This document shows, in pieces, positions 14,209-27,454 of a stretch of DNA of 64,000 nucleotides (positions are counted from its first letter, which is position 1; each line of letters starts with the position of its first letter). The translations under genes were made by a program, and so were the position numbers. Origin of the DNA: Octopus sinensis (Eukaryota); NCBI RefSeq assembly GCF_006345805.1, contig NC_042999.1, forward strand, positions 53,072,001 through 53,136,000, given 5' to 3'. Below the pieces are notes generated by a model. That model ran no database searches. It was not told where the DNA came from and worked only from the letters and a program-made list of their open reading frames with translations.

Positions 14209-14239
<31 letters not shown>

Positions 14240-15200
14240 TACAGAGATAGAGAGAGGAGAGAGAGAGAGAGAGAGACTTATATATGTGTGCTTCTGCCTT
14301 GTATTAAGGGCGCGACTATGTTTGATTTTAAACTTTCTTATATTTTGATCTGATTTTTATTTTTTTCTTCATAATTCTTCAATCCATAATATTACAATCT
14401 GTTTAAACATTAGTATTCGTAAATCTATTTTGGTTTCTGTCTTCAAAATCACCTTCAAAAGAAGACCCTGTCTACATTGCTTTTATACCTATTATACCAC
14501 ACCAATATTTAATATAAACGTAAGAGAGTGGCATTACTCATACAGCACGTCTATAAGATAAATACAAAAATATGGCTTTATACATACACAAGTACCGGAT
14601 TTCTATAGAAATATAAAATATTCGCATTTTTATTACTCAACGAACAATGGAACCCATTTGTGAAATCGTATGCAAAACCGAACTTTACTTAAGACGGATG
14701 ATCTGTTGCACCACATCACAGAACAAATCAAATACCACGCACTTATACATAAGAAGCCACCAAAATATACTTGCAGTATATATATTATTGAATGTATGAA
14801 AATTTGAATGAATGAAAACATTAGTGAATCTTCCTGAATTAGAGCATCTCTGTCATCTAGCAACAAACACACTGCCTGAATAATTTGGTTAAAAACAAGG
14901 AGAATCTAGGAATACACACACATGCACCGCCCAATTTATAAACTACAGAAGAACATACTTCAAACAAACATATAATTCATAAATCGTGTTGGAATATGAA
15001 AAGTGTAACGCTTCATGAAGCAAACAACTAGACTGTCAACAAGGGCAGCAACTTCGCAGCGTTGACGATGTATTTACAAAAGGGTCATCGTCAGATATTA
15101 CAAAACAGAAGATACGTTAAAAGTAGACTGAAGACAAGAGAGCCCGGAGTTAACAACGTTATTATTCTATATTGACCTTAAGGCCTTTCAATTTCTCTCT

Positions 15201-15247
<47 letters not shown>

Positions 15248-15728
15248 TCTAGTTATCTGTCTATCTATCTATCATTCTAACTATCTGTCTGTCTCTCTAG
15301 TCATCTATGTTTCTATATGCATACATAGATAAACAACACATTACTCACATACTCACAGACATATATGTATGTATGTAAGTCAAAATTGATAGAAAAACAG
15401 TTTGAGGACGTAGCTTAATTCTGCACTATTTTGATGAATGTTGCCATGTAAGAAATTTAGTAATTATCAAATTTAATGATACACATTGTTTACACGTTTT
15501 AAAGTTCGAAACAATGGTTCGTGATATTAAAATTTTCTTATTGTTAATATAAATTCCATCAAACTATTTCTCTGTGACTGTATACACTCCCTCTAATAAT
15601 TTTCTCTTGAATCCTACTTTATATAATATTATGTTTTGTAGACTAAATCATTAAGAGTATTTTATATGAATACGACGCGGATTACTTGAATTCATATATT
15701 GTGATTTAAATTTACATAAATATACTAC

Positions 15729-15777
<49 letters not shown>

Positions 15778-15791
15778 ATATAGATATATAT

Positions 15792-15830
<39 letters not shown>

Positions 15831-15867
15831 CGGCGCGTGCCTGTGTATATTTGTGTCATGTATATGT

Positions 15868-15904
<37 letters not shown>

Positions 15905-16863
15905 TATATACAGAGAGAAGAGAGAGAGAGGAGAGAGAGAGAGACTTATATATGTGTGCTTCTGCCTTGTATTAAGGGCGCGACTATGTTTGATTTTAAA
16001 CTTTCTTATATTTTGATCTGATTTTTATTTTTTTCTTCATAATTCTTCAATCCATAATATTACAATCTGTTTAAACATTAGTATTCGTAAATCTATTTTG
16101 GTTCTGTCTTCAAAATCACCTTCAAAAGAGACCCTGCTACATTGCTTTTATACCTATACCACACCAATATTTAATATAAACGTAAGAGAGTGGCATTACT
16201 CATACAGCACGTCTATAAGATAAATACAAAAATATGGCTTTATACATACACAAGTACCGGATTTCTATAGAAATATAAAATATTCGCATTTTTATTACTC
16301 AACGAACAATGGAACCCATTTGTGAAATCGTATGCAAAACCGAACTTTACTTAAGACCGGATGATCTGTTGCACCACATCACAGAACAAATCAAATACCC
16401 ACGCACTTATACATAAGAAGCCACCAAAATATACTTGCAGTATATATATATATTGAATGTATGAAATGATTGAATGAATGAAAACATTAGTGAATCTTCC
16501 TGAATTAGAGTACATCTCTGTCATCTAGCAACAAACACACTGCCTGAATAATTTGGTTAAAAACAAGGAGAATGTAGGAATACACACACATGGCACCGCC
16601 CAATTTATAAACTACAGAAGAACATACTTCAAACAAACAATATAATTCATAAATCGTGTTGGAGATATGAAAAGTGTAAGCTTCATGAAGCAAACAACTA
16701 GACTGGTCAACAAAGGGCAGCAACTTCGCAGCGGTTGACGATGTATTTACAAAAGGGTCATCGTCAGATATTACAAAACAGAAGATACGTTAAAAGTAGA
16801 CTGAAGACAAGAGAGCCCGGAGTTAACAACGTTGTTATTCTATATTGACCTTAGGCCTTTCAA

Positions 16864-16915
<52 letters not shown>

Positions 16916-17404
16916 CATCTCTAGTTATCTGTCTATCTATCTATCATTCTAACTATCTGTCTGTCTCTCTAGTCATCTATGTTTCTATATGCATACATAG
17001 ATAAACACACAATTACTCACATACTCACAGACATATATGTATGTATGTAAAGTCAAAATTGATAGAAAAACAGTTTGAGGACGTAGCTTAAATTCTGCAC
17101 TATTTTGATGAATGTTGTCTATGTAAGAAATTTAGTAATTATCAAATTTAATGATACACATTGTTTACACGTTTTAAGTTACGAAACAATTGTTCGTGAT
17201 ATTAAAATTTTCTTATTGTTAAATATAAATTCCATCAAACTATTTCTCTGTGACTGTATACACTCCCTCTAATAATTTTCTCTTGAATCCTACTTTATAT
17301 AATATTATGTTTTGTAGACTAAATCATTAAAGAGTATTTTATATGAATACGACCGGATTACTTGAATCATATATTGTGATTTAAATTTACATAAATATAC
17401 ATAC

Positions 17405-17430
<26 letters not shown>
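14161..17430. repeat. About 1.66 kb tandem duplication (14161-~15760 and 15824-~17430)
   Basis: Both copies start atatttgcggcgcgtgcctgtg (offset 1663, rising to 1675 at the end). They are near-identical, differ mostly by 1-nt indels, and are bounded by (TA)n. Confidence 0.95.
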
Positions 17431-17437
<7 letters not shown>

Positions 17438-17438
17438 G

Positions 17439-17481
<43 letters not shown>

Positions 17482-17565
17482 TATTATATATATATATTAT
17501 ATATATATATATTATATATGTACATACATAAATGTACAGACACACACATGTATATTATATATATA

Positions 17566-18070
17566 CTAGCAGTATTGCCCGGCGTTGCTCGGGCTTGTAA
17601 GGGAAATAACTATATAAGCATTTTTAGAGAGTTACCACCCTTATAGATGCCAATTCGGGCTTTCTTAGCCATGTCTATTTTGGTGTCTTCAAGCCATGAA
17701 GTCGTTGTTCTAAAAGAACGCTGGTCTCCTTGACAACGCTTTACGACGTTGATTTCCTTACACTCCCTTCCCCACAGCTTCACGAGGGAGGGAAGAAGGG
17801 GGAGAAGCAAACAGGTGCAGGTGTGACCATGGACGCCAACTCCGCCGCCATCGACACACGGAAAATTATGCATTAAAATGGAATAAAAAATTATGTTAAA
17901 TTATTAAATGTTAAATTGTAGACGCGCGCTAATACTCAGACGGGCTCGATATGAATTACGACTATAAGATACCCGAATTTGGGTAAACTGCACCGCAAAA
18001 TGTGGGAGTAGTTAGGAATCTAAATCGAAGAGGACAGACACTCACACAACTATAGTTTTATATATATAGA
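17566..18070 (-). mobile_element. Non-autonomous Helitron
   Basis: On the minus strand: A|TCTATATATATAAAA 5' end and gcccg-agcaacgc-cgggc hairpin + aatactg + CTAG|T 3' end (AT target site, no TSD). Termini shared with 52572-52966. Confidence 0.85.
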
Positions 18071-18079
18071 TATGCAGAA

Positions 18080-18386
18080 GGCGCGTGGGTTCGTGGTTTG
18101 GGCATTCGGCTCATGATCATAAGATTGTGAGTTCAATTCCCGGCGACGCGTTGTGTCCTTGAGCAAGACACTTTATTTCCCGTTGCTTCAGTCCACTCAG
18201 CTTGCAAAAATGAGTAGTATCTGTATTTTAAAGGGCCAGCCTTGTCATGCTGAATCTCCCTGAGAACTACGTTAAGGGCACACGTGCCTGTGGATTGCTC
18301 TTCCACTTGTACGTAAATTTCACGAGCAAGCTGTTCCGTTGATCGTATCAGCCGGGACCTCCTCGTCCTAAACGACTGAGAGCTAC
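18080..18386 (+). mobile_element. tRNA-derived SINE with a conserved central domain (CORE/Deu/Nin-like)
   Basis: A/B-box-like head (gtgagttcaattccc) followed by gtgtccttgagcaagacacttta..ttgcttcagtccactcagc. Confidence 0.7.
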
Positions 18387-19108
18387 TTACATGTGCTCCG
18401 GAGAACCTGATATACACACTAACCTGCTCTGGGTGTCAAGCGCAATACATAGGCCATTCAAAAAATAGTTTACGTAAAAGAATGGCCCTGCACAGATCCC
18501 AGATAAAAATTCCCCAAAACAGAAAATAGCAGTCAGCCCACTCATCGACTTTTGTGCCAACAACCAAAATCCAAGCTTCAGAAGTTTTCCCTCTCTACCA
18601 ATTCAGGAACGATGCAACCTGGAGCGAACGAATAAGTAAAGAAACTCTCTTTATTACAATATACAGGCCCCTTCTGAACGCGTCTACGACAAACGACATA
18701 TCCACCTCGGCCTTAGAATAACACAAATACACACGCAAGTATTATAAAGGATATACTCACTGGTCACCGTAATTAGAAATATAAAATGTCTAAATGTCTC
18801 AAAGTGATATGAGCGAGTATACAACAACTCTATCGCTCCACCACCGCTCATGTCTCTTTGAGACATTTAGAAATTTAATATTTCTAATATTATATATATA
18901 TATATAATGTATACTTGCCATCTCAATATGGCTAACTACTAAGGGTGGGTGTTACTGTAGCTTGTAGTCCCAGGAGAACATCGTCTCCAGCTTACATTAG
19001 GCACACTTTCTGTGCCCTTATGGTATATATATATACGTAATCATATGAAAGGGAAATGGAAATTAATTAAAATTTTCATTTCCAGTGGCCTAACGTGTAA
19101 AGATTTAA

Positions 19109-19547
19109 TACATTTAAACACATCAGGAATCCACTCGTGGGATTCAACACGCTAGAAAGAACAGCTATGTTCTATAACCACAAAATTAGGGATAAAATTC
19201 GACAGGAACGAAATGAAAAAATAAAAACATTTTACAATCTAGTTTCCTGGACCAATTGATTTTTGATGTTAGTTTAGCAAGTAAATGAATAAGATAAACT
19301 CGCTAGGTGAAATCGTCTTTAGAAGAAACAACTAGGGTTAAACGTATAAACACGAGGCGATCAAATTATGTGCCTCTTGTTTATATATCCTAGTCTTTTC
19401 AAAATCTATTGCGCAGCCGCAGCCTTTCGCCTGCAATAAAAAAAATGCCAACTTTTTTCTCTAATTTATGACTATAGAACCCAGCTGTACTTTCTAGAGT
19501 ATTGAACCCCACGAGTGGATTCCTCATGTGTTTAAATGTACACTGTA
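19109..19547. mobile_element. MITE-like element with about 90 bp imperfect terminal inverted repeats
   Basis: 19109-19200 is the reverse complement of 19450-19540. The right end reads CACTG|TA (Tc1/mariner-like); the left terminus is missing. Confidence 0.5.
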
Positions 19548-20246
19548 TTTTATGACTACATATATATATATATTTATATATTATTTATCCTAATGATACA
19601 TGCACGTATATAATCGTGAATGCTTACATACTGAGACGTAGCGTGTTGGGGGTGGTTATGAAGAAAGAAATAAGATGTCATATAAAATGTCACGTGAATA
19701 ATGCGGAACAGAAAATATAGTTTGCATGCATGCATAAATAGATGCTAATTGGATATATGTACATATCTATATCTATCTATCTATGTATCTATGTATGTAT
19801 GTATGTATGTATGTATGTATGTATGTATCTATCTATCTATCTATCTATATATCTATTATCTATCTATCTCTCTCTCTCTCCTCTCCTCTCTCTCTCTCTC
19901 TCTATATACTATATATAATATATATATATATATATTATTAATATTATATATAATATATATATACATATGCATATATGCATATATATATATATAAATATGT
20001 ATGGACTTGCACGAATCACTTAATATTTGATATTAAATATATGTATTTATTTTCATTAGAGAATATAATATGCAATGACATACTGCATTGAATTGCGGTA
20101 CCAAAATATTTTCGTCTTCAATAACTGTTTTGAATATGTCTAATGAGCAGATGATATTCTTCTCTTTGGTCGGTGGTGCCTTAAAAGCAGAACATTTGTG
20201 AATGTGCGCGTATGTAAATATATCTCAATCTATGTTAGTGAGCGTT

Positions 20247-20279
<33 letters not shown>

Positions 20280-20335
20280 TTATCTCTCTCACTATGTAAG
20301 TATGTTTGTAGTATGTATGTATGTATGTATGTATG

Positions 20336-20396
<61 letters not shown>

Positions 20397-20574
20397 ACAC
20401 ATACAAAATTCAGATACATACATGCATACATACATACATACAGAGCGGTAGACACAGGCAGGCAGGCAGATATAATGTTCACATACAAATATATTTAATT
20501 CGTTCCCGTATACTATTTTCAGATTTGCTGCACCTTAACTACATGAATTCGCCTTTGATATATGGCATTTGCTG

Positions 20575-20691
20575 ACTGAAGGGGCATGATGTTGCCTATT
20601 CTGCGTTTCCTGCAGTGAGAGGGTGTGTCATCAAGAACTTCTAATAGGAGACGATCCAGTTTTGTTTTGAAAACATCTACATCTGCTGCAG

Positions 20692-20692
<1 letters not shown>
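20575..20692 (-). mobile_element. CR1-like LINE, extreme 3' fragment
   Basis: ADVDVFKTKLDRLLLEVLDD is homologous to VDVAVFKSKLGIFLSRVPDEP at 30.8 kb. Confidence 0.65.
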
Positions 20693-20732
<40 letters not shown>

Positions 20733-20757
20733 ACACACACACACACACACAAACACA

Positions 20758-20809
<52 letters not shown>

Positions 20810-20955
20810 ATTTGCATGGCACATGTACTATTGGCGATTTTAAACTATTTTTCTTTCTTTTCTTTGGACTTTCCCGTTTCCGACCAAGAGCTATCCTGGA
20901 AACGTTAACAACTTTTTCCCTTCACCGAGCACGTGATTAATATATTTCTTGTAAA

Positions 20956-21303
20956 GGGCGGCGAGCTGGTAGAATCGTTAGCACGCCGGGTGAAATGCTT
21001 AGCGGTATTTCGTCTGCCATTACGTTCTGAGTTCAAATTCCACCGAGGTCGACTTTGCCTTTCATCCTTTCGGGGTCGATAAATTAAGTACCAGTTACGC
21101 ACTGGGGTCGATATAATCGACTTAATCCGTTTGTCTGGTTCCTCTGTGTTTAGCCCATTGTGGGTAGTAAAGAAATAGGTATTCCGTCTGCCGCTACGTT
21201 CTGAGTTCAAATTCCACCGAGGTCGACTTTGCCTTTCATTCTTTCGGAGTCGATTAAGTAAGTACCAGTTACACACTGGGGTCGACATAATCGACTTAAT
21301 TCC
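20956..21303 (+). mobile_element. tRNA-derived Octopus SINE, full copy plus a tandem partial copy
   Basis: ggcggcgagctggtagaatcgttagc (A box) ... gttctgagttcaaattcc (B box) ... gtagtaaagaaatag, then the body repeats. Confidence 0.9.
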
Positions 21304-21811
21304 TTTTCCTTACAAATGAAGTCAACTTACTTGGAGCCGATCTGTCAACAATCCATTCAGATATAGACAGACAGACAGACAGACATATAGATAGATAGAT
21401 AGATACATATGTTTCTTTATTAGCCACACAGGGCTGCACACAGATAGAACAAATTACAAGGTAGAGCTTTTCTTTTGAAGGTTTAAAAAAAAAAAATAAA
21501 AAAAAAGAAAAAATAGGAAGGGGGAGTTTCGATCAAAAGGGATCGTAAAAGGAGAGAAAGAGGACAAAAATAAGGGGGGTTAAAAAAAAAAAAAAAAGGG
21601 GGGGGAGAGGAAAAAAAAATGATCAATAGGGATCGTTATCACAGAAATGTCAATATGAAGTGTAAAGGGGAGGACAGGTGAGGTTTACCCGTGGAAAGAA
21701 AAGCCTGCGGAAAAGACACGGTAACCTCGGTCAATGAAGTCACATTTATATTTCTTTTTTTTTTTTTTTTTTTTTTGCAAATAAGCAACTCTCTGTTTTC
21801 GATTTCTGGGT

Positions 21812-24800
21812 TCATAGACTATGCTCAAGGTGGCTTCGTCATTCATACGTGCCATTCTTGCTACATTCACCCATCTTTTTTTAAAAACATTCGCTAGACA
21901 AAACTTGCCTCTCTACTCTCACTTTCCTTTTCAAGTGGTACTTGAAAGAAGTTGATGAGAGATTGACCAGAGAGGAAAGTGTTTGTCTCCAATCCTTTCA
22001 GACGCGTCCACCAGATACATTCTTTCGCCATAGCCACAAGGATGATGAAAATAGCTCTTCCTTCCCGTTTGAAGGAAGGAGGCGTGACAATATTGACGAT
22101 AGACTCAGCTGATAAACCGACTCGTCCCACACGTGACAGCAGTTGTTCGACATAAGCCCACAGGTCGAAATTGTTGACACTGAACGAGTGCGTGCAGAAC
22201 GGTTTCGTCGCTCTGACCGCATCTCGGGCAGGTCGGCCCCGTGTTTCTCGAGCCGTGTCTGTAGAGCTTATCCCGAACGGGGTAGCGCTTCTCGGTAGCA
22301 CTGCCAGGCCAGGGATCTCTGGAAGTTGTCCATGGGCCCTGGCCCGAAAGTCGTCCGAACAGGCGGGTCAGGTACTCCTCGTCGACGTCCAGGTTCGCCC
22401 CGAGCTCGTCGTCGTACCTCCCCTCCACTAAACCCTATAGAATGCTTGGTTGTGTTGAAGTCTCTTAAGGTCGACCCAGGACGGCAGAGTTGCTTGAGAG
22501 CAACGCGACACTCGCGGTGCCATTCGCCCTTCCTCGCCTCTTTTTGATCCACGACTGCAGTTCGGTCATGGAGACGAGCTGCGGGAAAGCGTGCCTCACA
22601 AACGGCGACCACCTGTTCACCGTCGTCTACATAGAGCAGAGATGTCGCAGTCTCAGCGCGTGTCTGCGCATCATCACCACGGCATGCCCAGCCCTCCTTT
22701 TAACGGGTGTTGACAGCAAATGGATCGCCTGACCATCGGGACACATCCTTTCCACAAGAAGCGAAAGAGGATGCGTTGTAGTTTGGTGATGGTAGGGTCG
22801 GGACAAGGTACGACGGTCAGGCGGTAGTAGATGACGGACGCGATGTACGTGTTCGCCACCTCCGCTCGACCTTTTGGGACAGTTTCCTCTCGGCCCATTG
22901 CCGGGCGAGAGTGACCACCCTACTCGTTATCTCGTTCCAGTTCTTCTCCACTTGGAGGTCCGGACCAACCAGACCCCGAGCAAACTCAACCGGGCCGTCG
23001 GTCCAGCGTCCACGACGGAGGCGCTGGTGGACGGCATGGGCTTGCTTCTCCAGGTGCCTAGTCGCAAGCCCACTGACTTTTCCGGTTGATTTTCGCTCCT
23101 GGAACCGCTTCGTAGTTTTTCAGTGTCTCGCCGACCAGCTCGATGTGCTCGTGGCTAGACACTATGACGGTGACGTCGTCCGCGTATGCAGGACACGCTC
23201 GTCCCGCATCCCAATTCTCGCGGGATGCCCCTTAGAGTCGCCAGCTCCGCAGTAGTGGCTCAAGAGTCAATACGTATAGAAGCGCCGAGAGGGGGCATCC
23301 CTGACGGACCGAACGTGCAATGTCGAAAGGTCTCGATAGATGTCCATTTACGCGAATTACCGAACGGATGCCCCTGTACAAGGCAGCTATCCAGCCGCGG
23401 AAGACGGGACCGAAACCAGCCGCTCTCAGGACTGCCTCCAAGTATCGATGGTCTACCCTATCAAAGGCTTTTGATTGATCCAAGTTGATCAGGGCCCCAC
23501 CCATGCCAGGTTCGTTAACTACCCTGTCTATGATGTAGCGCATCAGATGGAGGTTGTCATGGATGGTCCGGCCTGGCACGGCGCATGTTTGCGCTTGTCG
23601 ACCAGTTTCTCGATGACAAGCGCAACCTCTGGCTAGCACCTTGGCCAAAATTTTCAAGTCTGCATAAGCAGAGTGATGGGCCTAAAGTTATCTATTACAT
23701 TTCCCTTGTTAGATCTTTCTTCAGCAGTGTTACGGCCCTCGGCTCACAAAACCAGGAATGCTCCCGTTTTGCTGCCAGTTGCAGTACACCGCCGCCAAGA
23801 GATCTCCAAACAAGTCTGCATACAATTGTAAAGCTCGTAGGGTAGACCATCCAAACCCGGTGATTTGTCCCTCGAGCATTCTGCCATCGCTTCCCGCACT
23901 TCCGCCGCCGTGATGGCACCTTCGCAGCACCCTGCCTTTCTTGTCGAGAGTCGTGGTAGGCTATGTAGTAGCACTGAAGTCCACCTACGTTCTTGCCTCC
24001 ACTCGTTCCGAACAGTCGGGCAAAATGCTGCTGAAGGGCCTCACACATTTTACTTGGCTCGAGCAATTCGCGCCCCTGTTCATCTACCAGTGACCGAATG
24101 GTGGCTTTGTTGCCCTGTTGCGCCTCTGCCACCCGGGCCTCTCTCGCGGGCTCCAACACCTTCGTTCCTTAGAGCACGCATCCTAGCTCTGACAGCACAT
24201 CCTTCGTGTTTGGCGTTGAAGTGTTGGTCGAGGGCCAACCTCGCCGCCAAAACGTCGGATGCGATGCCGCTTCTAATTGCCTCTTCTAGCTTCTTAACTA
24301 GCTCACCCTCTACTCTATTTCTATCTATGGCTAGTGCTTGCTGTACCTAATCGCTTCTGCTTTTACTGCTCTCTGAGGGCAAACCACCATTTGTTGTTGA
24401 TGATGGCTCCCGTCAAAGCCCTCTTTACTAGTGTGCTAATCCGGTCTCTGAAAACTTGTCTCGATGGGAAAGACGCGTTTAGTTTCCAGTATCCGGGACC
24501 TGCCTAAGTGTCTTACCTAAGTCTAGCGTACATGTCACAAGTTTGTGATCCGTGTAGCTGACTATGTGGAATTGTGGACATCCTAGCTATCTCTATCTAC
24601 TGTCCTACACAGTATCCTATCTAGATACGATCTCGACGACCCGATGCGGTTGCTCCATGTCCACGTTGGCGCATTCGGGTGGTCTAGTCGAAACCTGTCA
24701 GACAGTTGAAAGCGTCTGAGCAGGTCTCTGAGGCATTTGCATCCCCGTCTATTCCTATCTCTACCCACGTAGTCTACATGCGTGTCCAAGGTAGCATTCC

Positions 24801-25221
24801 AATCCCCCACTAAGAGTAAAGGACGAGACGTTCCCAAGAAAACTTCTAGACGTTGAAAGAAATCCGCCCGACCTGTTAAGGGCGGTGCGTAACTGATACG
24901 AGCCGAAAAGCGCACCCATTGCTGCCGTCGACATCCAGGACGACCAGTCTACCCTCCGGGTCTACGAATATTGTCCTTACATTGAGATCCAGACTCTTGT
25001 GAAAAAGTACCGCGGTGCCACTACCGCCCATTCTCGGCAGACAGGGGGAAAAATAAATGTTGAACTGTCCGCCAAACATGGTCTTTAGGGCCCGCGGATT
25101 GTGGAGTCTGGTCTCGCTTATGGCTATGATTTCTAACTTATGTGACTTTATGTCATTTAGAGGTACCTTGTTTCCAAGGGGACCCCAAGCCACGCGCATT
25201 TACACAACCAATCTTGATCAT
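21812..25221 (-). pseudogene. ORF2 of the L1/Tx1 element: APE endonuclease + reverse transcriptase, multiply frameshifted
   Basis: Starts MIKIGCVNARGL; APE motifs IAISETRL, LVGDWNA, SYLDRI; RT motifs PGLDGLPYELY, LDQSKAFDRVDH, VRQGCPLS, AYADDVTVIV. The end coordinate is approximate. Confidence 0.9.
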
Positions 25222-25338
25222 AGTTCTAAGAATTAGAATACAGAGGGTTACTTACTGCTCGAAAGTTTTTGCTTTCTCCTCCGTTGGTTTGTCCTCGAGA
25301 AGATCCCAGTACAGTTTCTTTGTGAGATATTTTGGCAT

Positions 25339-27238
25339 TTACCAACCGCACTGGGGAAAATGCCTTTGAGTGTGTGTGTGCAGACTTTTGGAGATGTGTA
25401 TTATTTTGATGTGGTCTGGTGGGGTTGTGTATGGGTGGTTGTTTGTTTTTATGTCATCTTCTGTTATGTTTGTTTTTGATTGGATGTATTCCATCAAATT
25501 TGTGTTTTTGGTGTCTATGGCTGTGAGCATGTTTGCTGTATATGTTTTTTGTGTTGGTGTGGCTGTTTGCGTTGGGTTTTGAAATGTCTTCGGGAGATGT
25601 ATTTCCCCTGCTTTGTTCGTGTTTGCATTTGGTTTGGTGGTTTTGCTCTTTATTTTCCTTCTTTTGTAGCTATTTGCCATTCCTCACTGGTTCGTCTTCC
25701 GACGAAATTTCTGAGGAATCAGAAGGGGGTAGGGGTATGTTGTGGGCTTCTATGTATGTCTGTGTAAGTGGTTGTGTTGTTGTTTTCGTTGTTGTTGGTT
25801 GTTGAGTGTTTGTGTGTGTTGAGTGCGGTATAAGGGATGGGGGATCAGTTGTGTGTGTTTTTCTTTGTTTTCTGTTCTTTGGGTTTTGCTGTTGATGGTA
25901 GTGTTGGTATTTTTCCAGGTGTCGAGTGGTTTTTGGTTGATGACGGATTAGCTTGGTGTGTGCTTCTCTTGTCGTCTTCTGTGTTGATGGTGGTGTGGGT
26001 AGTAGAGCTTTTTTTCCGGAGTGCTTTGGTGTGGTAGTGGTTGTTGTTGTTGCTCTTGGTGTGCAGTGGTTGGGCACGTCTTTTTCAAGTGTGTTTCGCT
26101 TCCACACAAATAGCAGCGTGGTCGCCTGCCCTCTACCACTATATAGAGTTTGTAGCCCCTGGCAGTTCTATAGCGGTGGGTATCTTCTCTCTTGCTGCTT
26201 CATCCAATTGAAGCAGGAATTCGATTGATTTGCCCACATAGTCTTTCTCTCCTAGAACCGCGATTTCCAGGATGTTTGTCTCTGACATTGTCTCTGACAT
26301 TTCAAAGCAGATGGCAGAGACCACCCATTGTGTTTCGACATCAAATGGTATGTTTTTTATTTGGACTTTCGTGACCCTTTTGTTAAATAGACTGGTATCA
26401 TTACCAAGTCGTCCGAATGTAGCTCCAATGTGGAAAAACGTTTTGCTAAACTTTCGTTGAGGAAACGTACTTGGACTGTACCAAATTTGTTTCCCCAACT
26501 GATATTCCTTGGAGTCCCATACAGACGAAGGCATTTATCGATTTTTTCTGCGGTGCATTTTCTGTTCTTCTTGTTTTTTTTTTTGTTTTACTTTATAAAT
26601 TATTGTTTTTTTTTGCGTGTTTTCCACGATGTGTTGTGGAATATGAAGGTGCAATTTGTCTCCTTCTTGGAGAAGAGTGCCTTGTGCGGTTTATCTCTTG
26701 TGTGGTGAATGTTACAATTGTTCTTTTTTGTTTTGTTACGTCCGCAAAATTCGTTTTGAATTTGGCAGTAGAAGTGTTAATTGTGGCAGTGTTAATTGAA
26801 GTCATGGTAGTGGTGTTGGTGTTGGGCGGTATTAGCAGCAGAAGCTTGGATGTAGCATTTGACGTCTAGTAGTAGTGGTGTTGGTGTTGGCGGTGTTGTC
26901 TTTGGTAGGCGGCTTTGTGCCAATTTCCTTGTTGTTGTTGTTGGTGGTGATGGTGGTGGTGCTGGCATTCATGTTTTCGTTTGTATTCATTTTTGAAATC
27001 CCTTTCTCTGTCCCTTTATCATCAACAAGTGGTGGGGGGAGTGAGGGGAAATCTAAGTTAATGTCTTTTGGTCGCGGCGATGGTGAATGCGACGTTAGAT
27101 TTGTTGTGTTGTTGTGGTGGTGGTGATGGTGGTGACAGCGGTGTTCACGCTGCGATGTTTAGCAGCTAGTGGTAGCAATAGTGTTTTGCTACCGTTCTGC
27201 ATGACTGGCGGGCTAGCCACGTGGTTTCTAGTTGCCAT
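25339..27238 (-). pseudogene. ORF1 of the L1/Tx1 element: gag-like CCHC zinc knuckle with long Thr/Asn/Gln-rich tracts, frameshifted
   Basis: Probable start MATRNHVASPPV (27238); central RVTKVQIKNIPFDVETQWV; knuckle VEGRRPRCYLCGSETHLKKTCP (CX2CX4HX4C). Confidence 0.8.
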
Positions 27239-27454
27239 TTCAAATGAAAAATGGCTAAAAAACCCACGAAAGTTTTTGAAAGTTTTTTTGTAATTTCGCC
27301 CATACAGGGGCGGAATTCTACGTGAATAATTCTCAGGTTTTTAGTGAATGAATTTGCACAACGATTAAACAAAATATTTGACAACAAGGAGTTTTAAACA
27401 TGTAAAAGTGGCCAACTTACTTGGAGCCGATATGACTAGCGTCCGTCCATTGTG

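Larger units (their letters stand above)
21406..27412 (-). mobile_element. Near full-length L1/Tx1-clade non-LTR retrotransposon (about 6 kb)
   Basis: 5'UTR, ORF1 with CCHC knuckle, ORF2 APE-RT, and a pyrimidine-rich 3'UTR with AATAAA (21416-21421, minus) followed by (TATC)n. Markedly more GC-rich than the flanks. Confidence 0.92.

Noticed and set aside
14633-16723. Duplicated minus-strand ORFs inside the tandem duplication
   Set aside because: Reading frames are not preserved between the copies, and there is no recognisable domain or clear splice pair.
20956-21050. tRNA gene (A/B boxes), also at 18080, 50647 and 61639
   Set aside because: No cloverleaf; each continues into a multi-copy SINE body.
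21894-27126. Plus-strand and alternative-frame ORFs overlapping the Tx1 element
   Set aside because: Antisense or shifted shadows of a GC-rich or low-complexity coding sequence; no independent motifs.
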